This document shows positions 1 to 8,691 of a stretch of 64,000 nucleotides of DNA, one piece after another; position 1 is the stretch's first letter, and each line of letters opens with the position of its first letter. Under the pieces are notes generated by a model, which worked only from the letters and a program-made list of their open reading frames with translations, had not been told where the DNA came from and ran no database searches. The position numbers and the translations under genes are program-made. The DNA comes from an uncultured Candidatus Binatia bacterium (GTDB taxonomy: Bacteria; Desulfobacterota; Binatia; UBA9968; JAJDTQ01). The DNA lies in assembly GCA_965215605.1 (NCBI GenBank), contig OZ244070.1:2968158-3032157 (forward strand). The letters run 5' to 3'.

Positions 1-518
1 TTGGTGGGTTGCAGGGTGTCCATGGTCAGCCCCACGGCGGCATAGCCGATCTCGTCCGCCCTTCGCACCGCGCTCAGCACCTTGTCCCGCCCTTTGCTGA
101 GGTAGGCCATGTACACCAGAGGCGACGAGATTCCCTCCGCCCACTGGTCCACGGTGGACTGGGTGGCGCCGCTGATGAACACCATGGTCCCGAACAGGCT
201 GCCGCCTTCCGCCACCTCGTGCTCGCCGTTCTTGCGCAGCAGCCGGAAGCTGCCCACCGGCCCGATCAACGCCGGCGACGGCAGCCTGCGGCCGAACAGT
301 TCGATGGACGTGTCCGGGTCGGTGACGTCGTGGAAGATCCGTTGCCGGAAGAGCAGCCGGTCCAACGCGGTCCGGTTCCGCTTCCGGGTGGATTCGCTTT
401 CCGCCGCGCCCATCACGTGTTCGATGGCCTCGGGCTTCACCCGGAGGCGGAACAGCGCGTGGATCTCGTCGAGGCTCAGGTTCTCGAGTGGTTTCTGTTC
501 AAGTAGTCGCAGACTCAT
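1..518 (-). CDS. FMN-dependent alpha-hydroxy-acid dehydrogenase/oxidase family protein, N-terminal part (rest lies beyond the window edge)
   Basis: Absent from the ORF track because it runs off the edge. My own minus-strand translation from ATG 518-516 reads MSLRLLEQKPLENLSLDEIHALFRL..STRKRNRTALDRLLFRQRIFHDVTDPDTSIELFGRRLPSPALIGPVG..PLVYMAYLSKGRDKVLSAVRRADEIGYAAVGLTMDT. This follows the glycolate/lactate oxidase N-terminal pattern. Confidence 0.6.
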   Translation of the reverse strand, partial: MSLRLLEQKPLENLSLDEIHALFRLRVKPEAIEHVMGAAESESTRKRNRTALDRLLFRQRIFHDVTDPDTSIELFGRRLPSPALIGPVGSFRLLRKNGEHEVAEGGSLFGTMVFISGATQSTVDQWAEGISSPLVYMAYLSKGRDKVLSAVRRADEIGYAAVGLTMDTLQPT

Positions 519-614
519 GGTTCCCCCCGTGAAAGGATGCAGGAACAGACCCTGGTGTGGTGTCTGGTTCATTCGGACAATAACATGCGGAAGATCCTTG
601 TTGCGGGCAAATCA

Positions 615-1622
615 TCAATCCATCATCCGGAACTGCAGCAACAAGGTCCTCTGGAACGGCACGAAGTTGTTGTCCGACAACAGGTAGAGGAGCGTCCGTC
701 CGGCGCGGTCCCGCCTGAGGGCGAGCCCCTCGAAGTTGTCCATCGGCAGCGGATGCGTCATGTCCGCCACGGCCGCTCCGCGGATGCGGCTCCCGTCACG
801 CCGGCGGGCTTCCCGCAGACGGCCCTTGGGCAGCCGGACGATCCGCGCTCGCCTCCCCGACAGGGTGAAGCGCCGTTCGAGCAGCAGCACATCCCCGTCG
901 GGCATGACGGCAAGGTCCGTGGGTTGGAGGCCTCCGGCCGGCACGTAGGCGATCTCGTGGGCCGCGCCGTCCCCGATGAGCCAGCCCTTGAGGCTGCCGT
1001 CGTCGTTGGCGTGCCGTTCGGTGATGCCCAGCACCGTGCCGTCTGGCAGCGCGGCGATGCCTTCGAGCCCCCCGTTGACGGGCGCGTCGTCGAGGGCGCG
1101 GGGCGTGGCCAGCGGTTTGGGAGGCGCATTGAACGCCGCCGGATATCGCCAGATCCGGTGACGCCCCTCGAACGAGACCAGAAAATCGCCGCCGGCGGTC
1201 CGCGCCAGCCCCTCGGCGTCCCGCTGGCGGCGCTGGGCCGGCTTGCCGGCGGGGGTCAGCATGGGGGCGTCGCGCCACGAGCCGGCGCCGACGAGACGCC
1301 CGGCGTCGTCGTGGACGAGGTCTGCGGTGATCCAGCGGCCGCGGTCCGAGACCGCCCGAAGCCGCCGCCCGTCCGGACTGACGTGCAGGCCGGAAAGCCC
1401 GCCGAACCGCGGGTGCTCCGACACCAGCTCGAAACCGTTCATGAATACGAGCTTGCCGACCGTACCCAGTTCCGGCCTTTCCGGGTCCAGCGCCACCGGC
1501 ACCGTCTTCACCGCCATCGCTCCGGCAGAGACGCCGCCCGTCAGGGCGAGCAGCATCGCCAGCGCGTGCGCCGCCGCGGTTGCGGCCCGAAGCCGCCTCG
1601 TGTCCGATGGTCGACGAATCAC
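615..1622 (-). CDS. Phytase-like esterase family protein (secreted, Tat-type signal)
   Basis: ORF 615..1709. Body motifs FGGLSGL, DAEGLA, GLEGIA and DNFEGLAL plus the C-terminal LLSDNNF are typical of the esterase-like-activity-of-phytase family. I place the start at GTG 1622, which overlaps the folK stop (GTGA). This gives the signal VIRRPSDTRRLRAATAAAHALAMLLALTGGVSAGAMA. Confidence 0.7.
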   Translation of the reverse strand: MIRRPSDTRRLRAATAAAHALAMLLALTGGVSAGAMAVKTVPVALDPERPELGTVGKLVFMNGFELVSEHPRFGGLSGLHVSPDGRRLRAVSDRGRWITADLVHDDAGRLVGAGSWRDAPMLTPAGKPAQRRQRDAEGLARTAGGDFLVSFEGRHRIWRYPAAFNAPPKPLATPRALDDAPVNGGLEGIAALPDGTVLGITERHANDDGSLKGWLIGDGAAHEIAYVPAGGLQPTDLAVMPDGDVLLLERRFTLSGRRARIVRLPKGRLREARRRDGSRIRGAAVADMTHPLPMDNFEGLALRRDRAGRTLLYLLSDNNFVPFQRTLLLQFRMMD

Positions 1623-2002
1623 AGCTTCAAGTCCGGAAGCACCGCCAGCACGGCGTGGCGCAGGTAGTCCCGCGTGTAGAGGTCCGGATCGATGACCGCG
1701 CCGTTCCACACGACGATGTCGAGGTCGATGGTCCGAGGGCCGTGCCGGTTCAATCCGGGTCGGCGTCCGAGCAGGGTCTCGATGGCCTTGAGGTCGGCTT
1801 TCAACCGCTCGCGGTCCGCGCGGGTCTCCAGCAACAGGGCGCCGTTGGTGAAGTCCGGCTGATCGGCATAGCCGACGGGGCTGGTCTCCACCAGCGGCGA
1901 TTCGGCGACGATGAAGTGACGTTCGGCGATCCGTTCCCGCGCCCTGGGCACGTTGATCCGGGGCTCGATATTGGACCCGACGCCGATGACGGCGAGATTC
2001 AT
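1619..2002 (-). CDS. folK: 2-amino-4-hydroxy-6-hydroxymethyldihydropteridine diphosphokinase (compact form)
   Basis: The motifs MNLAVIGVGSNIEP...SPLVETSPVGYADQPDFTNGALLLET...GPRTIDLDIVVW match the HPPK pattern. The ATG at 2002 overlaps the folB stop (ATGA). Confidence 0.75.
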   Translation of the reverse strand: MNLAVIGVGSNIEPRINVPRARERIAERHFIVAESPLVETSPVGYADQPDFTNGALLLETRADRERLKADLKAIETLLGRRPGLNRHGPRTIDLDIVVWNGAVIDPDLYTRDYLRHAVLAVLPDLKL

Positions 2003-2388
2003 GCCGGTCCGGCCTCCGTCGCCTCCCTTTCCGCCGAGCATTCCACGGAAACGGAATCGGTAAAGCGCAGGGCCGCCGGCTTGGCCACCCGGACCCGCGC
2101 GCGCCGGACCCGGCCGTCTTCCATCGCCAGCGCCAGCAGGCGGTCGCAGAGCGTTTCGAGGAGAAAGAACGACGACCGTTCCACCTCGGCGATGAGCCGT
2201 TTGTTCAGCCGTTTGTAGTCCACGGTCTCGTCGATGGCGTCGCGGATGAAGACTGTGCCCGCCGCCAGCTCCAGCTCCACGTTGACGACCACGTCCTGCT
2301 TCGTCTCCCGTTCCCAGTCGTTGATGCCGATGATGGCGCGGAGGCGCAGGTTCTCGATGGTGATCTTGACCGGATTTCGCTGGATCAT
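1999..2388 (-). CDS. folB: Dihydroneopterin aldolase
   Basis: ITIENLRLRAIIGINDWERETKQDVVVNVELEL..DYKRLNKRLIAEVERSSFFLLETLCDRL..VRVAKPAAL is the FolB-fold signature. Confidence 0.8.
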   Translation of the reverse strand: MIQRNPVKITIENLRLRAIIGINDWERETKQDVVVNVELELAAGTVFIRDAIDETVDYKRLNKRLIAEVERSSFFLLETLCDRLLALAMEDGRVRRARVRVAKPAALRFTDSVSVECSAEREATEAGPA

Positions 2389-2405
2389 GGGACTCCGGGA
2401 AGGCG

Positions 2406-3137
2406 TTACAGGTGCTCCCCGCCGTCGACGTAGATGCTCTCGCCAGTGACGAAGGGGTTGTTCAACAGGAACCGCACGGCGGCCACCAAGTTATCCGTGT
2501 CGCCGATGCGTTTCAAGGGCAGGGCCGCGCTCCTCCGCTCGAGTTCGTCCGCCACCCCCCCGGGCGGCGGCAGGATCATGCCCGGTGAGATCCCGTTGAC
2601 CCGGATGGCGGGGCCCAACTCCCGGGCGGCCATCTTCGTCAGCTCGTGGAGCATTTTCTTCGACAGCGTGTAGGCCGCGTGGTGGGGGTCGGAGCGGCTG
2701 ACGCGGGTGTCGAGGACATTGATGACCTGGCCCCCGGCGCAGCTTTCGGCGAACGCCTGGATGAGAAAGAAGGGCGCCTTGAGGTTGATGTTGAAATGGC
2801 GGTCGAACAGGTCGCGCCCGGTTTCCCGGAGGGCGCCGCGTTCGAAGATGGAGGCGTTGTTGACCAGCACGTCGAGGTTGGGGAAGCGCTCCCGCACCGC
2901 GGGGACCAACGCGCTCGTCTCCCCGTGATCGTTGAGGTCGCAGCGGAACAGGCGGCACCGGCGCCCCAGCGCTTCGATCTCTCCGGCGACGCGTTCGGCC
3001 TGTTCCGCGGAGGTGAAGTAGTGAAGCGCGACGTCGTATCCGTCCTGGGCCAACGCCCGCGCGACGGCGGCGCCGATGCGGCGGGCTCCGCCGGTGACGA
3101 GGGCGGCCCCCTTCGGCTTGGACATGCCGGTCATCAT
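2406..3137 (-). CDS. SDR-family oxidoreductase, pteridine reductase/FolM-like by context
   Basis: Rossmann motif ALVTGGARRIG, NNAS, and the catalytic YxxxK (AAYTLSKKM). It sits directly upstream of folB-folK. The start is ambiguous among ATGs at 3137, 3134 and 3125. Confidence 0.75.
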   Translation of the reverse strand: MMTGMSKPKGAALVTGGARRIGAAVARALAQDGYDVALHYFTSAEQAERVAGEIEALGRRCRLFRCDLNDHGETSALVPAVRERFPNLDVLVNNASIFERGALRETGRDLFDRHFNINLKAPFFLIQAFAESCAGGQVINVLDTRVSRSDPHHAAYTLSKKMLHELTKMAARELGPAIRVNGISPGMILPPPGGVADELERRSAALPLKRIGDTDNLVAAVRFLLNNPFVTGESIYVDGGEHL

Positions 3138-3395
3138 ACCCCGTTCGCGACGGACCCACCACCGGCCTGACGCGAGCGGCTGCAACATGCGGCCGGGCAC
3201 GGCAGCCACGGCGAGAGGTCTCGCGACCCCCGGCGGGCGTCGCGGCCGGTTCCCGGCGAGAAGGGCGCCGTTCTTCCCGGCGCTTCGGCGTATTTCGCCT
3301 GTACATGAATCATCCCGAATGATGTATGTTCCTTGCTCGCCGTTTGGGCGCTCTACGAGGTTCGTGTGTCAGGGTAACAAGGGAGCGGAGGGCTT

Positions 3396-4241
3396 ATGGA
3401 GATCAAGACGGTCACGTTGTTGCATCCCGGCAACATGGGCGCCACCATCGGCGCCGCCGTGCAGGGCGCCCGGGTGCTGTGGGTTTCCGCCGGACGGAGC
3501 GAGGGAAGCCGGCAAAGGGCCTCGAAGGCCGGCCTGGCGGATGTGGCGACCCTGGCCGAGGCCGTGGGCGAGAGCGACGCGGTGTTGTCCGTGTGCCCGC
3601 CCCATGCGGCCGAGGATGTGGCGGAGAGCGTGGCCGGAGTGGGCTTTGGCGGGTTGTACGTGGACGCGAACGCCGTTTCGCGCGCCACCGCTCAAAAGGT
3701 GGGTGCGGCCGTCGGCAAGGCCGGGGCGACCTTCGTGGACGGCGCCATCATCGGACCTCCGGTGACCAAGCCGGGAAGGACGCGCCTTTATCTTTCGGGC
3801 GCCGGGGCGGAGGGCGTAGCCAAGCTGTTCTCGGGGAGCATGCTCGATGCCCGTGTCATCGAGGGCGGCCCGGGGGCGGCCTCCGCGCTCAAGATGACCT
3901 ACGCCGCGTGGACCAAGGGCAGCGACGCGCTGATCCTGGCCATCCGCGCGCTGGCGGCCCGGGAAGGGGTGGAGGAGGCGCTGCTCCAGGAATGGGCGGG
4001 GTCCCAGCCCAACCTTCCCGGCAAGAGCGAGCGCGCCGCCGCGGTGGCCGCGCCCAAGGGCTGGCGTTACGTGGGCGAAATGGAGGAGATCGCCGCCAGC
4101 TTCGAGGCCGCCGGCCTCCCCGCAGGCTTCCACAAGGCCGCCGCCGACCTCTACCGCCGGCTGGCCCCGTTCAAGGACCGCGCCGACCCTGGCCCCGAGG
4201 TCAAGGAGGTCCTTGACGCCATCCAGGAGCCATGCTCCTAG
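3396..4241 (+). CDS. NAD(P)-binding oxidoreductase (6-PGDH-like NAD-binding domain plus DUF1932-like C-terminus)
   Basis: N-terminal dinucleotide-binding pattern LLHPGNMGATIGAAV. The C-terminal RYVGEMEEIAASFEAAGLP resembles DUF1932 proteins. An SD (GGAGCGGAGG) lies before the ATG. Confidence 0.6.
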   Translation: MEIKTVTLLHPGNMGATIGAAVQGARVLWVSAGRSEGSRQRASKAGLADVATLAEAVGESDAVLSVCPPHAAEDVAESVAGVGFGGLYVDANAVSRATAQKVGAAVGKAGATFVDGAIIGPPVTKPGRTRLYLSGAGAEGVAKLFSGSMLDARVIEGGPGAASALKMTYAAWTKGSDALILAIRALAAREGVEEALLQEWAGSQPNLPGKSERAAAVAAPKGWRYVGEMEEIAASFEAAGLPAGFHKAAADLYRRLAPFKDRADPGPEVKEVLDAIQEPCS

Positions 4242-5866
4242 TGGTCCTCTTCTTCCACATCGCTGGCCTTGACGCGCCGTGACTTGAGCTTCTCGCCGGT
4301 CTCGAAGTAGCGTCCCTCCACCGCGAGCCTGGCTTCCTCGTCCAACTCGTCGTCCCACTGGCCCAGGGAGTAGCCGTACCATGGCATCTTGGGCTTGAGG
4401 GGCGGCAGCATGAACTCCTCCCACAGCTCCCGGGCGTGCTCCATGTATTCCCGCTTGGGCAGCGACACGGGCGGGAAGGGCTCCTTCTGGATGGCGTTGC
4501 ACAGCATGCCCGATTCGTCTGCCGGCAGGTGGTACGACACCACGTCGGTGCCCTTGTGATCGTCATTGTACAGGAACGGCGGGGCGTGGCCCTTTTCCAT
4601 GCCGCCGATGATCTGCACGTCCTGGTGGGGCTTCATGCGGTAGCACATGGCCCAGAACACCGCCGCCTCGTCCGACGGATCGATGTCCTCGTCCACCGCG
4701 ATGACGATCTTGCCGACGCCGGGATGGAAGGACGACGCGGCGTGGAGCGCGCGCCACACCTCGGCTTCCTTGGGCTTGCGCATCTGCACGATGACGAGCT
4801 TGTAGGTGTTGGTGAGGGGTTCGTGCATCTCCACCCGGATGACGCTGGTGATGCGGCAGTGGTCCCTCAGGTGCACCAGCATGAGCCGGTCGTAGCCGAT
4901 CTTGCGGATCACCGACGATTCGCTCGGGGTGAGCTGGCTGAGCCATGACACGTAGATGGCGTTCTTGCGGTGGGTGATGGCGGTGACGTCCATGAACGGG
5001 TTCAACTGCCGCGGATGCATGTAGCCGTGGGATTCTCCGAACGGCCCCTCGGGTTCCACGAACTCGGTGTTGAGGTGTCCCTCGATGACGATCTCCGATT
5101 CCGCCGGCACCTGCAGGTCCACGGTCTTGCACTGGGCCATGCGGATGGGCTCGCCCACGAAACCGCCGGCGATGGCCATTTCGTCCACGCCGTAGTCCAC
5201 CTTCTGCACCGACACGTAGGAGACCACCGGCGGCGCGCCGATGACCAGCGCCGCCTCCAGCGGCTCGCCGCGCTTCTGGGCGTTCTTCCAGTGCAGGTAG
5301 ATGTCCTGGCCCAGTCCGGACGGGAACACGCCTACCCGGGAGTTCGACTTGATCTGGCCCCGGTAGTTGCCGATGTTCCCGATACCGGTCTCGGGGTCCT
5401 TGGTGATCCAGTGGGAGCATGTGGTGTAGGGGCCGTTGTCGAACCCGGGGGTGGAGATGGGGACCGGGAACTTGTCCAGCCCTTCGTTCTCCACGGCATC
5501 GCCGGTCATCACCACTTCGTGGCACGCCGGGTCGTCCACCACCTTGGGCGTGATGGGATTGGAGAGGGCGTGCTTCCACTTCTTGTCCATCTCCTCGGCG
5601 CTGTTGCAGCCCATGCCCAGGAAGTAGATGGCCTTGCTGCCGGCCAGCGCGCCCACCACCACGGGGAAGTCGAACTTGCGCCCGCGGGAGTCTGTGACGT
5701 TGGAGAAGTACCACGCCTTGCGCTCCTCGTCGGGAATGCCGCCCCGGTACTGCCAGCGCACCAGCGGATGCAGTTCGGTGTCCTTGTTGATGGTCTGGTT
5801 GATGCGGCGCAGGTGCCCCGCCTCTTCGAGCATCCTCAGATGCTCATGTAGATCTGCATAACCCAT
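4238..5866 (-). CDS. UbiD-family (prFMN-dependent) decarboxylase
   Basis: Real start is MGYADLHEHLRMLEEAGHLRRI at ATG 5866, preceded by AGGAGG. UbiD-type body: HPLVRWQY, GPYTTCSHWITKDPETGIGNIGNYRGQ, EGPFGESHGY. The 634-aa track ORF over-extends upstream. Confidence 0.9.
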   Translation of the reverse strand: MGYADLHEHLRMLEEAGHLRRINQTINKDTELHPLVRWQYRGGIPDEERKAWYFSNVTDSRGRKFDFPVVVGALAGSKAIYFLGMGCNSAEEMDKKWKHALSNPITPKVVDDPACHEVVMTGDAVENEGLDKFPVPISTPGFDNGPYTTCSHWITKDPETGIGNIGNYRGQIKSNSRVGVFPSGLGQDIYLHWKNAQKRGEPLEAALVIGAPPVVSYVSVQKVDYGVDEMAIAGGFVGEPIRMAQCKTVDLQVPAESEIVIEGHLNTEFVEPEGPFGESHGYMHPRQLNPFMDVTAITHRKNAIYVSWLSQLTPSESSVIRKIGYDRLMLVHLRDHCRITSVIRVEMHEPLTNTYKLVIVQMRKPKEAEVWRALHAASSFHPGVGKIVIAVDEDIDPSDEAAVFWAMCYRMKPHQDVQIIGGMEKGHAPPFLYNDDHKGTDVVSYHLPADESGMLCNAIQKEPFPPVSLPKREYMEHARELWEEFMLPPLKPKMPWYGYSLGQWDDELDEEARLAVEGRYFETGEKLKSRRVKASDVEEEDH

Positions 5867-6144
5867 GGATTGCCTCCTGTTCAGCTCGATTTCTCGGAAT
5901 GTCGCGGTGAGTTCCCGTAACCCCGTGCGGCGCAGGCCCGGATAGCGGGGCTCCAGGCGATCGGCGGAAAGAAACGGATGGCTCTCGTGCGAAGAAAGAA
6001 AATAGCCGATGGTGTCCTGCCGTGTCAAATTCACCGCGGGGTCGCCTCTCCCGGTTCCCCCAGGCCCGCCGGGACGGGCGATGCTTGACGCGGTTCGCGT
6101 GACTCCTGTAGCCTTGGCCGCAATCCACGGAAGGAGTTGCATGC

Positions 6145-7437
6145 ATGCAAACCGATGAAGCCATCCTGGAGAAGGTCTTCTCGCACATCGACCGGGAGGA
6201 GCTGGCCAGGCTGGCCATGGACGTGGTCAGCATCCCGACGCCCACCGGCAGCGAGGAGGAGGTGGCGCGGTTCATCCACGATTGGCTCCAGAAGCAGGGC
6301 ATCGAGACTTTTCTTCAGCACACCGAACCCGGCCGCGCCAACGTGGTGGGGGTGATTCCGGGCACGGGGGAGGGGCCGACGCTGCTGTTCAACGGACACA
6401 TGGATACGGCGCTGGCGGGGACCCAGGAGGACCTGTGGATCACCGGCAGCACCCGGCCCGAGTGGCAGGCGCTGGCGCGGCGGGAGGACGACGTCATCTA
6501 CGGCAGCGGCATCGTCAACGACAAGGGTCCGCTCACCTGCACCCTGGCCATGGCCAAGGCGCTCAAGGAGAGCGGCGTCAAGCTCAAGGGCGACGTCATC
6601 GTGACCGGTGTGGCGGGGGAGATCGGCCGCTCGCCGGTGGACCACTACCAGGGCCCCGCCTACCGCGGCAAGGGCCACGGCGCGCGCTACCTGGTGACCC
6701 ACGGCGTGGTGGGGGATTACTGCATCGTGGTGGAGCCGTCTCAGTTCCGCATCACCTGGGCCCAGTGCGGCGCGGTGTTCATCAAGATCACCACCTACGG
6801 CGAGCCCATGTACGGGCCGTTCGTGGATCATCCGGTGGACGCCAGGGAGAGCAAGAACGCTGTGGTGCGCATGGCCTCCATCATCCCGGCGCTGGAGGAA
6901 TGGGCGCGCCGCTACGAGCAGGAGCACCGCTACGAGTTCGCCGCCGCCACCATGATCCCCAAGGTCAACATCGGCTCCATCTTCGGCGGCGCTCCCTTCA
7001 AGCCCAACTTCTCGCCCGCCATCTGCAACCTCTACGTCGAGGCGTTCATGACCCCGGACCAGCGCGCCATCGACGTGCTGCGGGAGGTCCGGGAGGTCCT
7101 GGCGGCCACGGACATCGACGCCAAGTCCTCGCTCTTCCTGTCCGTCAACGGCTACGAGTCCAAGGGCGCCGAGCCGCTGGTGTCCACCATGCAGGAAGCC
7201 CACGAGTACGTGCGCGGGCGCAAGGCGGAGCCCATCCGCAACGCCTTCACCAGCACCTACGCGGACCTGACGGTGTTCGCGGAAGTGGGCATCCCGGCCA
7301 TCAAGTGCGGCCCCTCGCCGGAGGCCGCCGACGCCAAGCCCGCCACCGGGGAAATGCAGAAGGTGGAGGATCTCGAGGCCGCCGCCCGGATGTACGCGTT
7401 CGCCGCGTTGGAGATCGCCGACCGGGACCGGGCGTGA
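6145..7437 (+). CDS. M20-family metallopeptidase/deacylase (ArgE/DapE-like)
   Basis: IPTPTGSEEEVARF, LLFNGHMDTA and GVAGEIG motifs. SD GGAAGGAG lies 8 nt upstream. Confidence 0.85.
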   Translation: MQTDEAILEKVFSHIDREELARLAMDVVSIPTPTGSEEEVARFIHDWLQKQGIETFLQHTEPGRANVVGVIPGTGEGPTLLFNGHMDTALAGTQEDLWITGSTRPEWQALARREDDVIYGSGIVNDKGPLTCTLAMAKALKESGVKLKGDVIVTGVAGEIGRSPVDHYQGPAYRGKGHGARYLVTHGVVGDYCIVVEPSQFRITWAQCGAVFIKITTYGEPMYGPFVDHPVDARESKNAVVRMASIIPALEEWARRYEQEHRYEFAAATMIPKVNIGSIFGGAPFKPNFSPAICNLYVEAFMTPDQRAIDVLREVREVLAATDIDAKSSLFLSVNGYESKGAEPLVSTMQEAHEYVRGRKAEPIRNAFTSTYADLTVFAEVGIPAIKCGPSPEAADAKPATGEMQKVEDLEAAARMYAFAALEIADRDRA

Positions 7438-7507
7438 AGCGGTGGCGGCGGCGAATGGCGGTTTGGCACAAGATTTCGTATTCAAGACGCCACGAAAGGA
7501 GCCTTCC

Positions 7508-8602
7508 ATGAGCATTGATACGGGCCTGTACCGCCGGACCTTCAGGGGCACAGGGGGGGTCGCCACCGACGAGATTCTGTTCTCATCCGATTCCCATGTG
7601 ATGGAGCCCGCGGACACGTTGGTGAACCGCGTCCCGCAAGCCATGCGCGATGCCGCGCCGCGCTTTCCCGAACTGAAAACAGGGGAGGGGTTCCAGACCC
7701 ATCCCGGAGGGTCGGACCCCAAGGCCCGGCTCAAGGAGATGGCGGTGGACGGGGTCAGCGCCGAGGTGCTGTATCCCACCTACTCCCTGAGCCTGTTCTC
7801 GCAGGAGGATGTCGCGCTCCACGAGGCGTCGTGCCGGGCCTACAACGACTGGCTCATCGAATACTGCCAGGTGGACCTGGACCGGCTGGTGGGCGTGCCG
7901 ATGATCGCCACCTTCAACATCGACCATGCGGTGGCGGAGTTGGAGCGTTGCAAGAAGGCGGGGCTCCGGGGAGCGCTGATATGGCAGGTGCCGCCGACGG
8001 AGTTGTCCTTCGCAACCGACCATTACGAGCGCTTCTGGGCCGCCGCCCAGGAGATGGAGATGCCTGTCAGCGTCCACATCCTCACGGGCTTCGGCTATGT
8101 CAAGACGCGCTACGACCGCAAGGGCCTGGAACGCTACCGGGGCAGCGTCAACCTCAAGCTGGCGGAAATCATCGACAGCCTGATGGACATCATCTTCTCG
8201 GGCGTGCTGGAACGCTACCCGCGCCTGAAGATGGTGCTGGTGGAGAACGAGATCGGCTGGCTGCCCTACGTGCTGGAGCAGTGGGACTACTACTTCGACC
8301 GCCACCGCCCCACGGACCCGCTGACCATCGACAAGCTGCCCACCGAGTACTTCAACCGGCAGGTCTTCGCCACCTTCTTCAACGACGCCGTGGGCGCCCG
8401 CAACCTGGTCTGGTGGGGGCACGACAACTGCATGTGGTCCAACGACTTCCCCCACGCCAACTCCACCTGGCCGCACTCGCGGGACGTGGTGGCGCGGGAC
8501 CTCGGCCACCTGCCGGACGACGTGCGCGCCAAGCTGCTGCGGGACAACGTCGCCCGGCTGTACAATATGCCGGTGCCCGCGGCCATGACCGTGGGGGTGT
8601 AA
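7508..8602 (+). CDS. Amidohydrolase_2 family protein (ACMSD/LigW-type metal-dependent hydrolase or decarboxylase)
   Basis: Start MSIDTG follows AAGGAG. Motifs: SDSHVMEP (HxH-type), MAVDGVSAEVLYPT, AYNDWL, WSNDFPH. Confidence 0.85.
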   Translation: MSIDTGLYRRTFRGTGGVATDEILFSSDSHVMEPADTLVNRVPQAMRDAAPRFPELKTGEGFQTHPGGSDPKARLKEMAVDGVSAEVLYPTYSLSLFSQEDVALHEASCRAYNDWLIEYCQVDLDRLVGVPMIATFNIDHAVAELERCKKAGLRGALIWQVPPTELSFATDHYERFWAAAQEMEMPVSVHILTGFGYVKTRYDRKGLERYRGSVNLKLAEIIDSLMDIIFSGVLERYPRLKMVLVENEIGWLPYVLEQWDYYFDRHRPTDPLTIDKLPTEYFNRQVFATFFNDAVGARNLVWWGHDNCMWSNDFPHANSTWPHSRDVVARDLGHLPDDVRAKLLRDNVARLYNMPVPAAMTVGV

Positions 8603-8619
8603 TCCCCCGCCGCCCCTGG

Positions 8620-8639
8620 ATTCCCGCTTTCACGGGAAT
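8620..8639. repeat. REP-like palindromic hairpin between convergent genes (ATTCCCG-CTTTCA-CGGGAAT)
   Basis: 7-bp perfect stem with a 6-nt loop. The 11-mer CGGGAATGACG recurs at 8633-8643 and 8653-8663, and the second copy is followed by TTTT. Confidence 0.5.
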
Positions 8640-8691
8640 GACGGAAGGGGGGCGGGAATGACGTTTTGGGGTTCGGCGGCGGCGCGCTGCG

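Noticed and set aside
537-1667. Long antisense or off-frame ORFs throughout the track. Examples: 537..1667+, 6031..7779-, 7583..8509-, 14577..15497-, 23435..25480-, 25302..26735-, 32384..34270-, 41657..43198-, 43687..45789-, 53497..55335-, 54261..56177+, 59268..61103-, 62231..63466+
   Set aside because: Each lies opposite or out of frame to a gene with clear family motifs. Their translations are dominated by R, G, P, A, H and D runs with no recognisable domains. These are shadow ORFs expected at about 70% G+C.
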